The notes: generated from the letters alone by a model not told the origin. 62,889 nt of DNA, filler included, from Globobulimina sp. (GCA_003354225.1; 26 parts of 26 records of this genome joined end to end with filler, not necessarily neighbours in it), one strand, 5' to 3'; positions 12,649 to 25,170 are shown, numbered from the whole stretch's first letter. Numbers and translations are program-made.

Positions 12649-14444
12649 ATGCTCGTCTTAGCAAATATTTCATTGTTAGCCTTGACCGGCTATCTTTTGG
12701 TGTATATTGTGATTTTGATTGTAATCACACTTCGTGTTCAGTGCAAAGCAACAAAGGCGACACCAAACACCAATAATGATGGAGAGACAAACTATGATAC
12801 CGCCATAAATGTAGATGTAAATATGACAGATAACGACATGTTTTATAAAAACAAATTAAGCATTGAATTACAAAAATCATCCTATGGAACACAAAAAGTT
12901 CATTCAGCATCGGAAGCTGTTGCGACTGAAAGTATTTGTTCGAGCAGAGACACACAGACAAATAGCAACGCATTCATTGCAAATCAACATTATTATAATC
13001 CATCATTTTATCTTAAATACAGAGGCTTTTTGGAGTTATTATTGTATTTTATTGCTCAATCGACATGTTTTGGAGCAATGTTTGTATATATCTCACAAAG
13101 TAAATGTAAGTACATCACCACCAACATCAGCGATTTCGATTTTTATTATATCTTATTCTTACTCAGTGCACTAAGTTTCATATTTTATAAACTTATGTCA
13201 GCACTCTCCGTATTAATTATTACGCAGAAATGTAAGTATTTTACAATGCAAATGTGTGACATATTCATTATATCTCAATCTGTGAACGCAATGCAAACAC
13301 TAAGAAGAAAGTTGTGGATCCAGCAATATCTCCAATGTTTCCAGTCAATATTCGGAAGGTACAACCAAACACTTTGTTTTTTACAATTTTGTATCAAAAA
13401 ATGATTTGCATTTTGTTTTTAATTTGTTTAGTTTGCCACAGTTAATTATTGCATTTGTGTTCTTATCGAAGCAAATACATGAAAATGGCTTCCATGATAT
13501 TGTTATATGGGCATCCATTATATCTTCATTATATTCATTGATATATTTTAGTATTTGTAACTATAAAATTAGTGAAAATCACCCCTCTGGTATCTATTTG
13601 TGCAGATTCTTAGAGATTACATCGAGAATTGCATTAATTATATTAATATGGGGATATTTTGGGGCATTGTATCTACGCATTGTGCTATTTATAGAATTTG
13701 TTTATTTGATGATTTGTGTGATATCATCGCATAATCCATTATTATTTGCCAATATGTTATATATAATGATTGATGTTAATGGCTATAAAAAAAGTAAATG
13801 TTTTATTGTTTATCGAATCGTTTCCAACTATGTATATGGTATAATTATGGCATTATTATTATTTACCAATATTTTCGATTCTCTTCCAGTTGATATAAAT
13901 CTAAACAAATATAGTAATTTATGGATATTCCACACCATAAATTATAGCATTGTGAATGAGAAATATTTTCTTTATTTATTTGTTTACTGTTTCAGTGTGC
14001 AACCAATTTATGAGATATTTTTATTTTGTCGCTATTTAAAATACATAAAATCGATTGGTCAATGCTCCGATTTCAAACAATTATTAACTCAGAAATGTTT
14101 CCACCAAATCTATGAATTAATGAAATTAGGTACAAATTACAAACAATTCGAGAAACACAATGAGGAGAATCTATTATGTCAGGTTTGCAAAGAAAAACAA
14201 AATAATGTCCAATTTGTCCATTTACAAATAGCACAATTATATCTATCGCGACATCCGGACATATTTAGCAAAGAAATGCCATTTTATTTACCTTTTTTTA
14301 ATGCCATTCAATTCTCATCAAAACCAATGATAAATTTGTTAATTAATCGAGGCAGAGCCGCCATATTTCATCTATTTGAGAATTTAGATTGGTCCGATTC
14401 CTTACACTGCAGCATTTTATCTCCACATGCATACAAGAATCAGA
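12649..14444 (+). CDS. XK-related (scramblase-like) multipass membrane protein with ankyrin-like C-terminus (3'-partial)
   Basis: Intron 13359-13431 restores FQSIFGSLPQL (XK ESxPQL motif); RFLEITSRI motif. Confidence 0.7.
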
Positions 14445-14755
14445 NNNNNNNNNNNNNNNNNNNNNNNNNNNNNNNNNNNNNNNNNNNNTTAATTAATTAA
14501 NNNNNNNNNNNNNNNNNNNNNNNNNNNNNNNNNNNNNNNNNNNNGGATAACCGTTTCATTATCTCTTTGAACGAACAGCTGTAAATTATCAAGCAATAAA
14601 ACCAGTTTTTTCGGTTACAAAATAGATTTTTACGATAAAGCAAAAATGCCTATTGCATTTAACTAAAAAACATAAGAAAACCCAATGTACACATCTGCAT
14701 TGTTCTGCATTGTTTGTAAACAAAAAGAAAAAATGCAAGTAAGAAAAAATGTGGT

Positions 14756-16036
14756 TTATTCCATAACGGCCGATGTATTTATGATTTCTACAATTTCGCC
14801 GGCATCAAATCGTCCATATTTAAGGGTGCACATTTTTTGTACGATCTGATAATTTTGATACAAATATCTATCCCCAAAATGCTTGAGATTATCTGCATTG
14901 AGTGACTCAATATACTTGATTCTATTTAATACGAACACACATAATTTTGATTGTGGATCAACATACAGATCATCGGCATTTGTATAGCCCAAAATCAAAT
15001 TATATCCTTGTTTCATCATAAACTGCCTTATTTGCAGCGTTTTGGCACAATGAGCGTCTTTGCAGAGTCTATTTCTTGTTTCAATTTGTAAAATATCAAT
15101 ATTTGTTTGAGTAAAATTAATGGTTTGCAATACAAAATACTCTGAACCTTCAACATCCAAACTGAAATAATTAATAGTTTTAATTTTCAAATCGTGTAAA
15201 TATACTGATAGCGGTCCGCAATGGACAGTATTAACAAAGTTTGAGTTGCCAACAACGTCAGCAATACCGGCAGAAGTATACATATGTGCTGAAAAATTGA
15301 CTGTTTGGTTGTCATATTTGCAGCCAGGAACCAGCAATAACTTGTTTACAAACGGTCTGTTATCCATTAACCGCGTGTACACCATGGCGTTCCCTTCAAT
15401 TAATAGTCCATTCCAATTGAGACATACCTCCAAAGAATGGGTGTTGGAGGTCCAAATACCATCATAAGCTCCCAATTCGATGAAAAAAGGCGATGTATCA
15501 CGGGATGTTAATGCGTATAAATGATAATATATTAAAATGTATCGAAACAGGCGGATTGGATCAGCATATTTATATTCTGTTGCATTATGTTTGTGCAACT
15601 TGACTTTATTCCATCTTACTTCAGCTCCGGTTAATTGTGTGAATGCGACATTTAATGGATCGAAATTTATTAAACAATCCAACGATTTATTGTACAAATC
15701 CATACCGGAAGCGGTAGTGCTGTTAAATTGTACATACCAATCCACAGATTTGTGTCTATATAAGTATGCCAATGCGTTACTTCTATATTTGAAATGGCCG
15801 GAACTGAATTCGAAACTACCTTCGCAAGCAAACATTCTATTGATACATGATTTAGGTTGAATGTTATCATTACTGTTACTGCTCATTATCTCGTATCGGC
15901 CAATGATGTCATTGATGTGTGCTGGATTCGTAATGCTAATATAGTAAATATACAGATATATTGAGAGAACCATAACCAACACTAACAAAATAACACGTTG
16001 TTTTGTTAGCTGGTTTATGGTAAATTTAATGATCAT
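14756..16036 (-). CDS. FkbM-family methyltransferase, type II membrane protein
   Basis: FFIELGAYDG..SNT, WNGLLIEGN, YFSLDVEGSE; N-terminal signal anchor. Confidence 0.92.
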   Translation of the reverse strand: MIIKFTINQLTKQRVILLVLVMVLSIYLYIYYISITNPAHINDIIGRYEIMSSNSNDNIQPKSCINRMFACEGSFEFSSGHFKYRSNALAYLYRHKSVDWYVQFNSTTASGMDLYNKSLDCLINFDPLNVAFTQLTGAEVRWNKVKLHKHNATEYKYADPIRLFRYILIYYHLYALTSRDTSPFFIELGAYDGIWTSNTHSLEVCLNWNGLLIEGNAMVYTRLMDNRPFVNKLLLVPGCKYDNQTVNFSAHMYTSAGIADVVGNSNFVNTVHCGPLSVYLHDLKIKTINYFSLDVEGSEYFVLQTINFTQTNIDILQIETRNRLCKDAHCAKTLQIRQFMMKQGYNLILGYTNADDLYVDPQSKLCVFVLNRIKYIESLNADNLKHFGDRYLYQNYQIVQKMCTLKYGRFDAGEIVEIINTSAVME

Positions 16037-16043
16037 TGCGTTT

Positions 16044-16067
16044 GTATTTGTATTTGTATTTGTATTT
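16044..16067. repeat. (GTATTT)4 microsatellite in a bidirectional intergenic gap
   Basis: Direct reading. Confidence 0.85.
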
Positions 16068-16120
16068 TGATGCGAAAGTTATTTTTGAGTTACCTGGACC
16101 TAGTAAATTACTATAAAAGC

Positions 16121-16868
16121 ATGGGTGTCGAGAATCTGTATCCTTGTAAGCTGATTATATAATTAATATTTCTAAAATAACCTTTAATTAAATCTGTATT
16201 ATACTTTGTAAGATGTTCGATCCTCAATTCAAGAATCATTTGTGTTCAAAGAAGTTAATGCAGACATAGATGAGAACTTTAATTACCAAGAAATCATATT
16301 TGATGGTACTTGTTGGCTTTGGCGAAACATGCGAGGAAACTATTTAAGGGATTATAGTCAACTCCAGCAAACTTGTCAGGTCTTGAATACTTTTCATCTG
16401 CAATGCGAATTAAAATAAATTTAACTCAATTTGCATTGACAGCAAATGGTTGATAAGTTCAAACGATTTGGATTTAAATTAGTTGTCTTTATGGATGCAA
16501 ATATCTGTTATAATAAGCTCGATACGTGGCTAAATAGAAGAGCTTTACGCTCAAATTTAATATTTGAATTTAATGATTTGTTAAAAAAAAATAAGGGACA
16601 GTATCCAAATCAATATAAGAATCAAAGATATTGGTTTGCATCAAATGGGTGTTATTTTTTCATTGGACAATTATTCAAAGCTTGTGGGTGCAATGTTTAT
16701 TATGCACAGATTGATTGCGATCGAGAAATGATTGGATATTATAAATTGAATCAACACAAAGTGTTTGCTGTTTGTAGCATGGATTCAGATTTTCTCATCT
16801 TTGATGTTGCTATTTATTTGGAAATGGGAAGCATTCAGTTTGCAAATAATTGTTTACATATAAAAGGA
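16121..16868 (+). CDS. PIN/XPG-like nuclease domain protein (Asteroid/FAM120-like), 3'-partial
   Basis: MGVENL...IIFDG...VVFMD...DCDRE...SMDSDFLIFD after removing introns 16146-16212 and 16380-16442. Confidence 0.85.
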
Positions 16869-16968
16869 NNNNNNNNNNNNNNNNNNNNNNNNNNNNNNNN
16901 NNNNNNNNNNNNTTAATTAATTAANNNNNNNNNNNNNNNNNNNNNNNNNNNNNNNNNNNNNNNNNNNN

Positions 16969-17238
16969 GAAGCAATGTACAAACGGCCTATTTACATCAG
17001 ACCCGATGGCAGATCAATTTGTTCCCATTGTTTTGTGGCTGCAAACAAAAACAAATGCCAGTTAAGTTCTTCTTATTTTCATTGTAAAACTATAATACTA
17101 ATAATTGTTGTAAAATTAATGAACAGATGTAAATGTGGGAAACACATCGTAACAAGAAACAGAATATTAGAAGATATTATTGTGCAATGTTCAAAGTCCC
17201 CGGGTCGCAAAATGCATCTATTCAATGCATCCAACTGA
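16969..17238 (+). CDS. Small Cys-rich ORF, possibly a zinc-binding 3' gene end
   Basis: CSHC and CKCGK motifs; may contain an intron. Confidence 0.3.
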   Translation, partial: EAMYKRPIYIRPDGRSICSHCFVAANKNKCQLSSSYFHCKTIILIIVVKLMNRCKCGKHIVTRNRILEDIIVQCSKSPGRKMHLFNASN

Positions 17239-17279
17239 TCACCGATTTTGCATTTCTTTTGTACTGTAACTTGTTTATT

Positions 17280-18908
17280 TTAAAATTCACCAATATGAAA
17301 CTCATGATAATATTCTATTGAGTCAGGTCGATATTGGTTATGTTCAGATTTGTAATGTGTAAAATCATTATAAAGTATCAGTTGATAATGATTTATGAGA
17401 TTTTGTATCGTATCCTTTGAAATTGGCATTTTTTGAATCTTTTGATAGGCCATTTCTACGGCGATATCAATCGTCTCCTTTGCAATTTTTTTACCCATAT
17501 CGCACGCCCAATTTGTTTCATTATTATTAAAACTGCAATTTGTCGGAATCACAGATGTAATCGGAGCCTTTTGCACTTCTAATAATTTCAACTGCCCTCC
17601 ATCTGTCAATAGTAAATCCACTGCAAAGAAAGCATATTGGTATGAATGTGAATATGCATTTAATAATATATTATCATTGTAATTATGATTGTTATTTGTA
17701 TTTTTGATGGCAGATAAAAACGTGACATTAATAATATGCTTAATTTGTTTTTCAATATCATCGATATTTATGTTGTCAATGTGGTGGTTGTTGAGATATT
17801 CGTCAAATCGATCAAAGGACCAAGACCAATCAATATCGTTTCCATCAATATTTTTTTTACTCACTGCTCGATTTGTAATCGCATTTTGTTTATTTATATT
17901 ATTTTTATCATACTCGTTTCCAGCTAAAATAAGGAATCCTTTACCATAAAGTACAATGTATTCTGGATTTAGCGATGGAATCATTACAAAAACACGAATA
18001 TGGAATTTTCTATTATTGATCAAAAACGGATTTGTAATGAATTCTTGCGCAATCACATCCATTCTCGCAGCGTACGTGTATACTGAGTCAGAGTGTACAT
18101 TAAATCCAAATTCTTCCATAATATATCTAGCATCAAATCGTGAAATGTATTCATTATTGCAATTGTATTCAGAATTTGTAGCATGACCCATTGCATATTT
18201 AATGTCATTATCTCTCCAAAACAATCTCCTCATTGCCAATGGATTCTTAATTAAATGTATACCAGATCCGCCATGAAGATTTGTTTTAAATAGCCATAAA
18301 TGATTATCATTATCTTCACATGGCAAATTCTGAAAAAAATCTCTTCGTTCATATTTATTGTCTAAACGATATGTTTTGGGTAGAAATGCAGTGCTAATAT
18401 TATTTATTGATGTATATTGTGTGATTGTTGCGTGTAGAGACGATTTCTGATGGAGAGATATTAAATTTATATAAATATTTGATTGTTTTTGTGATTTTAC
18501 CATTGATGTAGAATCACTTTGTATTCGTAATCCAAAACATAAATGGTTTTTTATATCATTTACATTCGCAATTCGAGTAATTTTGATGTTTCGAACGATT
18601 TGAGATTTTGCAGAATATTTATACTGATGTTCGAACCCAATTTGATGTAAACGTTCAGAAAATAAATTATTTATACAACATTTGTTCCATATCTCATAAA
18701 TACTTTGCCTACATCTGATAGAGGTGATATTTTTGATATACTTATGATTTTGTTGCAATTGCCTGTTTGTAAATTGTTGCTGCAAAGTTGTGTCACTGAC
18801 ATTTGTATGCTGATGTTTCTCCGATTGATGATGATATAATAGCGCATATTGTATGGTGATTGCGACTATCCAAATTGGCATAAACTGAACTAATCGAATT
18901 AACCCCAT
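17280..18908 (-). CDS. Tubulin-tyrosine ligase-like ATP-grasp protein with N-terminal signal/anchor
   Basis: FLPKTYRL, WLFK..HGGSGI, AQEFITNPFLINNRKFHIRVFV, ITN, FAVDLLL..LLEV. Confidence 0.92.
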   Translation of the reverse strand: MGLIRLVQFMPIWIVAITIQYALLYHHQSEKHQHTNVSDTTLQQQFTNRQLQQNHKYIKNITSIRCRQSIYEIWNKCCINNLFSERLHQIGFEHQYKYSAKSQIVRNIKITRIANVNDIKNHLCFGLRIQSDSTSMVKSQKQSNIYINLISLHQKSSLHATITQYTSINNISTAFLPKTYRLDNKYERRDFFQNLPCEDNDNHLWLFKTNLHGGSGIHLIKNPLAMRRLFWRDNDIKYAMGHATNSEYNCNNEYISRFDARYIMEEFGFNVHSDSVYTYAARMDVIAQEFITNPFLINNRKFHIRVFVMIPSLNPEYIVLYGKGFLILAGNEYDKNNINKQNAITNRAVSKKNIDGNDIDWSWSFDRFDEYLNNHHIDNINIDDIEKQIKHIINVTFLSAIKNTNNNHNYNDNILLNAYSHSYQYAFFAVDLLLTDGGQLKLLEVQKAPITSVIPTNCSFNNNETNWACDMGKKIAKETIDIAVEMAYQKIQKMPISKDTIQNLINHYQLILYNDFTHYKSEHNQYRPDSIEYYHEFHIGEF

Positions 18909-19161
18909 CTAGATCTAGTTTATATGTTCGTATTATGCTACATTATGAGTTACATTGATTAATATGTGTTTAATAAAGCAGATTATACATCATTGCAAAT
19001 TATGTGTATGTCATCTTTGCAAATTATGAAATATTAAATATAATCAAATTATGATACCAACTGTTAACACGCTTCCAAAAATTTGTAACGAAAACAGTTT
19101 ATCTCCAAAACATCATGCCTCCGTAGAGAAAGCCTATCCCAACGTCGGTGTTCATCGTCGT

Positions 19162-19292
19162 TTATCGGATAAATGGTTTTGTATTTTCGGAAGCCATTAG
19201 TGCATTAACTATAAAGTTTGGATGGTTTTCAAGCATCGCTACAATTCGCTGACCAACAATCCCAGTTGCTCCAAGGATACCAATCCTTATCT
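19162..19292 (-). pseudogene. asd: Truncated aspartate-semialdehyde dehydrogenase N-terminus
   Basis: IRIGILGATGIVGQRIVAMLENHPNF..ALMAS then TAA; only ~250 bp remain before the next gene. Confidence 0.75.
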
Positions 19293-19499
19293 NNNNNNNN
19301 NNNNNNNNNNNNNNNNNNNNNNNNNNNNNNNNNNNNTTAATTAATTAANNNNNNNNNNNNNNNNNNNNNNNNNNNNNNNNNNNNNNNNNNNNAAAAAAAA
19401 AACTAAAAAAAAAACGCATGTACAGTGCGCACACTCAAACGTACAGATTTTGGTTTTGAACAATATAATTATTTACATTTTTTACTTTTTTAGCATGCA

Positions 19500-20245
19500 T
19501 CACCACGGTATTAAAGTTTTTCCATTGGAATCAGTTATATCATTCATACCAAACAAAATCACATCGTAAAACCACCAAAATGCAATGCCAATAAAGGCAC
19601 AAAATGAAATAAGTGTTACAACTCCGGTGATACCAATGAATGGTCCAAGTGTTGATGGATTTGTTGTTTCTGTTCCAACAATAATCTGATCAATCTCATC
19701 TTTATTTGATTTTGCAACTTTATACGCAAGATATGAACAAATACATATAACGAAAGATATAAACGTTGTGAAACACAGTTTCGTTGCACCAACAGCATTA
19801 TCACCAACATAAAAGCGCCCCGCACCAAAAACACCCATAAACAATGATAATGCAAATGCGGTTAGTTGGTCCTTATCTGAATATGATGCTCGATATCCAT
19901 AGTCCTCATCATCAATCATCGTCTTTGCTGAATAATAGTTCTGCTCTATCTCTCCCTCGTTATTTAATATATTCTCCTCGTAATTCATATATTCATCATA
20001 TTGGTCAAAAAACAACATATTAGCATCGTTCTCCTTTGCTGAATTTGAGTGATCAAAATCATATTTTGCATCTAAATTATGTAATTATTGTAATATATAT
20101 ATTTATCTGTATAATAGTGTATAATGTATATACCATGGATTTGCTTATTTTTTCGATTAACCAATGAAGTATGCTTTTTGTGAACAACAACACCATTACA
20201 TGTTGCTATAAAAAGGAAAAATTTGAATGACAGAAACAGCGCCAT
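19500..20245 (-). CDS. TM2 domain-containing protein with signal peptide
   Basis: TAFALSLFMGVFGAGRFYVG..GATKL..WWFYD..DSNG; intron 20072-20133; start MALFLSF. Confidence 0.9.
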
Positions 20246-20349
20246 CTAAGCCTAGCTTCGAATTGAGTTCCCGTTACTTACACTAAAAAACACAAAAAAA
20301 GAAAGAAAAAAGAATGACAGAAAGAAGTTCAAAGAACAGGTGTATATAA

Positions 20350-21716
20350 TTACTTTTTGTGTATAACCAAATATTTATCATTCTTTTTATCGAGTGTTTG
20401 TTTTATATTCCAATTCATTTCTTTAAATTGAGGATAATATTCATCAATCGCATCGCGTATAGACATTGCAGATTCCATTGGTTTTTTAATACTAATTTCA
20501 TTCAATTGACACCGACTATGCCTTGAAATAAACGATAATATTTGCTTGAACATAAACTGTGATAAATATAAATTGGAATGCCTGCTGGTTATAATTTTAA
20601 TTAGTGTCATGTGTGGAAATAAGTAATATAAAATCTCTAATTTTATCCATAAATATTGATTAGATTCTTGTCGTTGCGGATAACAAAATATATTTTGCAG
20701 AAACGCAAAACCATTCCAATTGTTATATTTTTTATGTTTTGCATGATTTAAAGATGTCCAATCAATGGTAATTTGACTAACATTTAAACAAAAAAATAAT
20801 AATATTTTAGCAATATACTTCGGAATTTTAGTATTTACATTTTTTGTTTGTTTTAATTGAAATAAAATTAAATGTTTAACCAATACTTTTAATGTATCAT
20901 TTATATCATTATGCGATTTATACCAATCACCGTTAATCATTGTGTGAATTATATTTAATGCTTTTAAAAATATATTATGTTTATAACCGACTTTATAATC
21001 AATTATATCGTCAAAAAGTAACAAACTATTTTCTTCCCCACCAAACAGAAATGATTCCTGTTCATTTACAAATTTTGACAGGAATGATGCATTAAAATAC
21101 CTCATATTATTACATGTGGTAAATTTTAAAATCATTCCATTTTCGTCATTTATTTCTATATTTTTGTTTAAAATGACATTATAATTTGTGGTTGCACTAA
21201 ATGGAATATTTATTTTTATTTTAACTGCATCAAATAATATATTTTCCGTATTGATAATATGATAAAATGTATTTTGTTCATTCATTTTATGGCCAAACCA
21301 TTGCACCGATTCAAGCAACAATCGACCAAATATTGCAAAGTTAGAATGTCTTGACTTCAACGATAAAGTGCTTTCATTTCCTTCTTTTTCCTCATTTTTG
21401 CGATAAAATGTCTCTAAAAAATGGTTTCTTAAAATATTGAAATTTGTGTATAATAACAAAGCAACAATATGTTGAATATGAATATGTGAGTTATACGAAC
21501 CCATTTTTTTACAAAATATAGACTGATGATAATGTTTTGCTTCTTGCATGATATCATTCCATTGATTGGGTGTTATATGATACACATTATTTGATAATAA
21601 CTCCTCTTTAATCGATGAATATTTTGCATAAATAAACCATTCGTTATTTGTATATTCAAACCAATAAACATACGCATAATCAATTAATCCATTCATTGCA
21701 TACTTAGTATAGTTAT
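20350..21716 (-). CDS. ADP-ribosyltransferase-fold protein of an expanded family (5'-partial)
   Basis: LLYTNF, RHSNF, FYH, PFSATT, GMILKF, SKFVNEQE; paralog at 29229-31408. Confidence 0.65.
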
Positions 21717-21816
21717 NNNNNNNNNNNNNNNNNNNNNNNNNNNNNNNNNNNNNNNNNNNNTTAATTAATTAANNNNNNNNNNNNNNNNNNNNNNNNNNNN
21801 NNNNNNNNNNNNNNNN

Positions 21817-22811
21817 ATAAAACTAAGTTCAGGTGATTCAATCAAAACTATTCATGAAATGGTCAAAGATAAAACTGGAATACCTATTGATCAACAACTA
21901 TTAATATATAATGGCCAACAATTAACAGATGACTGGCATCTAAGCAATGTATGGATGAAATATATACCATCCGGATCCACTATCAATTTGTACCAAGTTA
22001 GAAATATATTTTAATAATTTGCATTTTCCAATATATAATAATACAATTTTAAAGATCAATAATCATGGAAATAATGATGATAAGACAAATATATGTTTAA
22101 TATGCGTTGATAATGAAGCAAATGTATTTAATTATCCATGTGGTCATACATCATATTGTTCAGAATGCGCAGATATCGCAATACAAACAAATAATAAATG
22201 TCCAAATTGTAGAAAAGTGATTGTTGAACATTTAAAAATATTCAAAGGTGGATTTCAGGAGAATTCACAAAATAATATTCAACAAAAATATCAAGATGAA
22301 TGGTGTAAAACATATTTACATAAAGAATTTCAAATAATTAATAATAATATAATACAAAAAACGCAAAGAATTACTCAAAAGAGCAACAGCGTTTTTATCA
22401 AATGTAGTTATTAAAGGAAAACATCATTGGAAATTCAAATTCATGGGAGATAGTGTAAGTCCATTATGTATTGGGATGTGGTGTCATAATATGAATATAA
22501 ATGATAAACATTCATCAAATTATCTTGGTAAATTTGCAAATAGTTCATATGTATTCGATCTATGGGCAGCTGCTATAAACATTCATAACTCTGATGATCA
22601 ATGGACAAATAATAATTCATATGGTAAACGTGTGTGTTATGGTGATATTATTTCAATGTATGTTGATTTTGCTGCATTATCATTATCATTTGACATTAAT
22701 GGTATCAATTATGGCACATCACATAAGATTAAAAAAGGTAAATACAGAGCAGCAATTTCTTTATATTGCAAGGATAGTCACATTCAATTAATATCGTATC
22801 AACATAATTAA
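21817..22811 (+). CDS. Ubiquitin-like + C3HC4 RING + B30.2/SPRY protein, frameshifted near 22355-22385 (pseudogene or sequencing error)
   Basis: KTGIPIDQQLLIYNGQQLTD; intron 21997-22054; CLIC..PCGH..CSEC..CPNCR; AFLSNVVIKGKHHWKFK...GDIISMYVDF. Confidence 0.8.
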
Positions 22812-23182
22812 AATTATTAAAAACGATTAAGTGATTGTCATTTATTTCTAATTAAATCATATTTGCCAAGAATTAACTGAGTAGCATTATCAATGTAATC
22901 AATAGTAACATCCGCCGCATCACTCTCTTCTTCATCATGATCATTGAAACTGAATCCAAAATTACCTTGTGGTGTTCTTCGTAATCTGTTTGATGCTACT
23001 TTGGTTCGGTCTTGTCCTTCTTCGTTTTTTAATTGGCTAATTAATTTAGTGTTAAAAAACACTTAGTTTGGGTTTATTAAACGAGTCCAACCACTGTCAA
23101 AGCAGTATTAAATGAAGAAAAAAAATGAAAGCAATCAAATTCAACATATTGAAAGTTGTACGTTACAAATGAGTCAATAAGA

Positions 23183-24139
23183 TCAGGTTTCGCCAGATTT
23201 CCCTTTAAATTCAGGAAACTCTTTTGAAACTTGGGGGTAATCAATTTCACGAAATAATCTATTACTTCTTACATAATATGATGTTAAATGTTGTTGATTT
23301 CGTGTATATTTATCTAAATTGTCATAAATGTGTTCAATTGCTGTTCTAAATTGTTTTGCATTTGGTCTATGCTTTGGATTGTGTGCCAATGCACTTCTTA
23401 TAACCTCTTTCAATGCAAATGGCATATTTGACGGCATCCAGGGTCTCCTCACTGTGTCGTATATTAAATATTGTATATTATTATCATTATTCCTTACATT
23501 TTGAAACGGTCTTTCAATTGCAAATAAATTCCAAATTACAAAGGCTGCGGAATAAACATCAATACTTTCATCCAAATTTCTATTTATTTGCTCTTCCGGT
23601 GCTCGCATTGCACCATTACTGGAATGAGGACAAAAATTACATCTTTCAACCACGTTATTTTTATCATTTTTATGATAATCATATTCTGGAAAATAATATG
23701 GCTGAAATTTACCGCGATTAAAATCATTAATTAACACATTCCCATTAACATCAATCATAAATTGATCACCACGAATATCCGTATGATGATAAGGTCCGCC
23801 AGCAATATTATGCAATATTTCGATGCCTTTTGCAATATCTACTGACATACCAATTAATTGTGAGATATTCGCTTTTAATGCATGTCCATCGTTAACAAAA
23901 TCCTCAATTGTCATATCATAATGATGTGATACTGAAATGTAATGCGGATATAAACAATGTCCTAATTCATAAACATAGGGAAACGCGCGTTTTTCATTCA
24001 AATTACTCTCAAAAACGGCTCCATATTTATCCATATATGACAACTCTTCATTGCGTAAATAATATAAAAAAATAGATTCCCGCAAATGCCGCAATAAATC
24101 GCGAGGTGTTTCTGCCGAGGTTTGCTTCATCATTTTAAT
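23183..24139 (-). CDS. Protein kinase, atypical PKDCC-like (5'-partial)
   Basis: HTDIRGDQFMI..INDFN, RAPEE, DVYSAA, RP motifs. Confidence 0.9.
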   Translation of the reverse strand: MKMMKQTSAETPRDLLRHLRESIFLYYLRNEELSYMDKYGAVFESNLNEKRAFPYVYELGHCLYPHYISVSHHYDMTIEDFVNDGHALKANISQLIGMSVDIAKGIEILHNIAGGPYHHTDIRGDQFMIDVNGNVLINDFNRGKFQPYYFPEYDYHKNDKNNVVERCNFCPHSSNGAMRAPEEQINRNLDESIDVYSAAFVIWNLFAIERPFQNVRNNDNNIQYLIYDTVRRPWMPSNMPFALKEVIRSALAHNPKHRPNAKQFRTAIEHIYDNLDKYTRNQQHLTSYYVRSNRLFREIDYPQVSKEFPEFKGKSGET

Positions 24140-24239
24140 NNNNNNNNNNNNNNNNNNNNNNNNNNNNNNNNNNNNNNNNNNNNTTAATTAATTAANNNNN
24201 NNNNNNNNNNNNNNNNNNNNNNNNNNNNNNNNNNNNNNN

Positions 24240-25125
24240 GTGGCAGTCACTGTTCACGGAACAGGGTACTCTTTGCTCTGACGCCGATCAGTCTGACTTG
24301 ACCCATCATTCAATGAACACTCTGCGATAGCTTTTGATGGCTCAATTAATGCAGCTTTTGGTGGGAACAATACGTGGGGAGTTGGACTGTACGCACAACA
24401 AAGGGCTTTTTTGTAGATACCTATGGCTCGGAAAGAAGCAGAGCCATCGAAGCATCCGATGAAAGTGGTGATTATTATTACCGATTGATGCAATCTTGTG
24501 CCAGAGTGCTCAGATTATCATATATTAGTAACATGACATTGGATATTAATGTTGGAGTAGGAGTTGATACTAAAATCTGTAGTGTAAGCAACGAGATTTG
24601 TTGCAATCCATTGCAAAATTATGTAGATGTATGGAGTATGTATCATGCAGGAAATGGTGATCATATGGTTAGCAATAATCGAGTGGAAGTAGCTCGAGCG
24701 GAAAAGGAAGGATATAGTGAGATTTGTTCGCCATCGGTTTACTCCGATACCACCATATTTTGTACAAGTTCAAATCAGAATACTTTTGATGCTCATCGGG
24801 GACCATTTATAGTTTATGCGGATGGGACACCACCAGCTGATGGAGGTTATGCTTATGCCGATACACAAATCGCAAGAAGTCCATTATATCGTTGTCTTAG
24901 GACTGATGGAGCACATTTTATTGCAAAGAGTGAGAATTGTGATGTAATTGCAAATTCTAAGATGGAATATTTGATTGGATATGCTGCAGTGTCACCGTCT
25001 ACTGCCATGCCAAGAAGATTAGTTCGCTGTCAATCTGCGTCGAATAAACTTAATATCATGTTGTTGATGATACATGCCTTCCACAAGATATTGCATCGCC
25101 TGTTCTTGCATATGTATTTAGTTGA
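24240..25125 (+). pseudogene. Cys-rich, probably secreted-type protein C-terminus with frameshifts
   Basis: PLYRC..HF..C..EYLIGY..LVRC continues as YHVVDDTC..PVLAYVFS* only after a shift near 25051; the 5' part is also broken. Confidence 0.5.
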
Positions 25126-25170
25126 GTTACACGAGGAGATTAGAAGAAAAAAACTTAAGGCTTATATACC

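Noticed and set aside
22838-23062. 74-aa minus-strand ORF as a last exon of the kinase
   Set aside because: No convincing in-phase splice junction or ATG; left unannotated.
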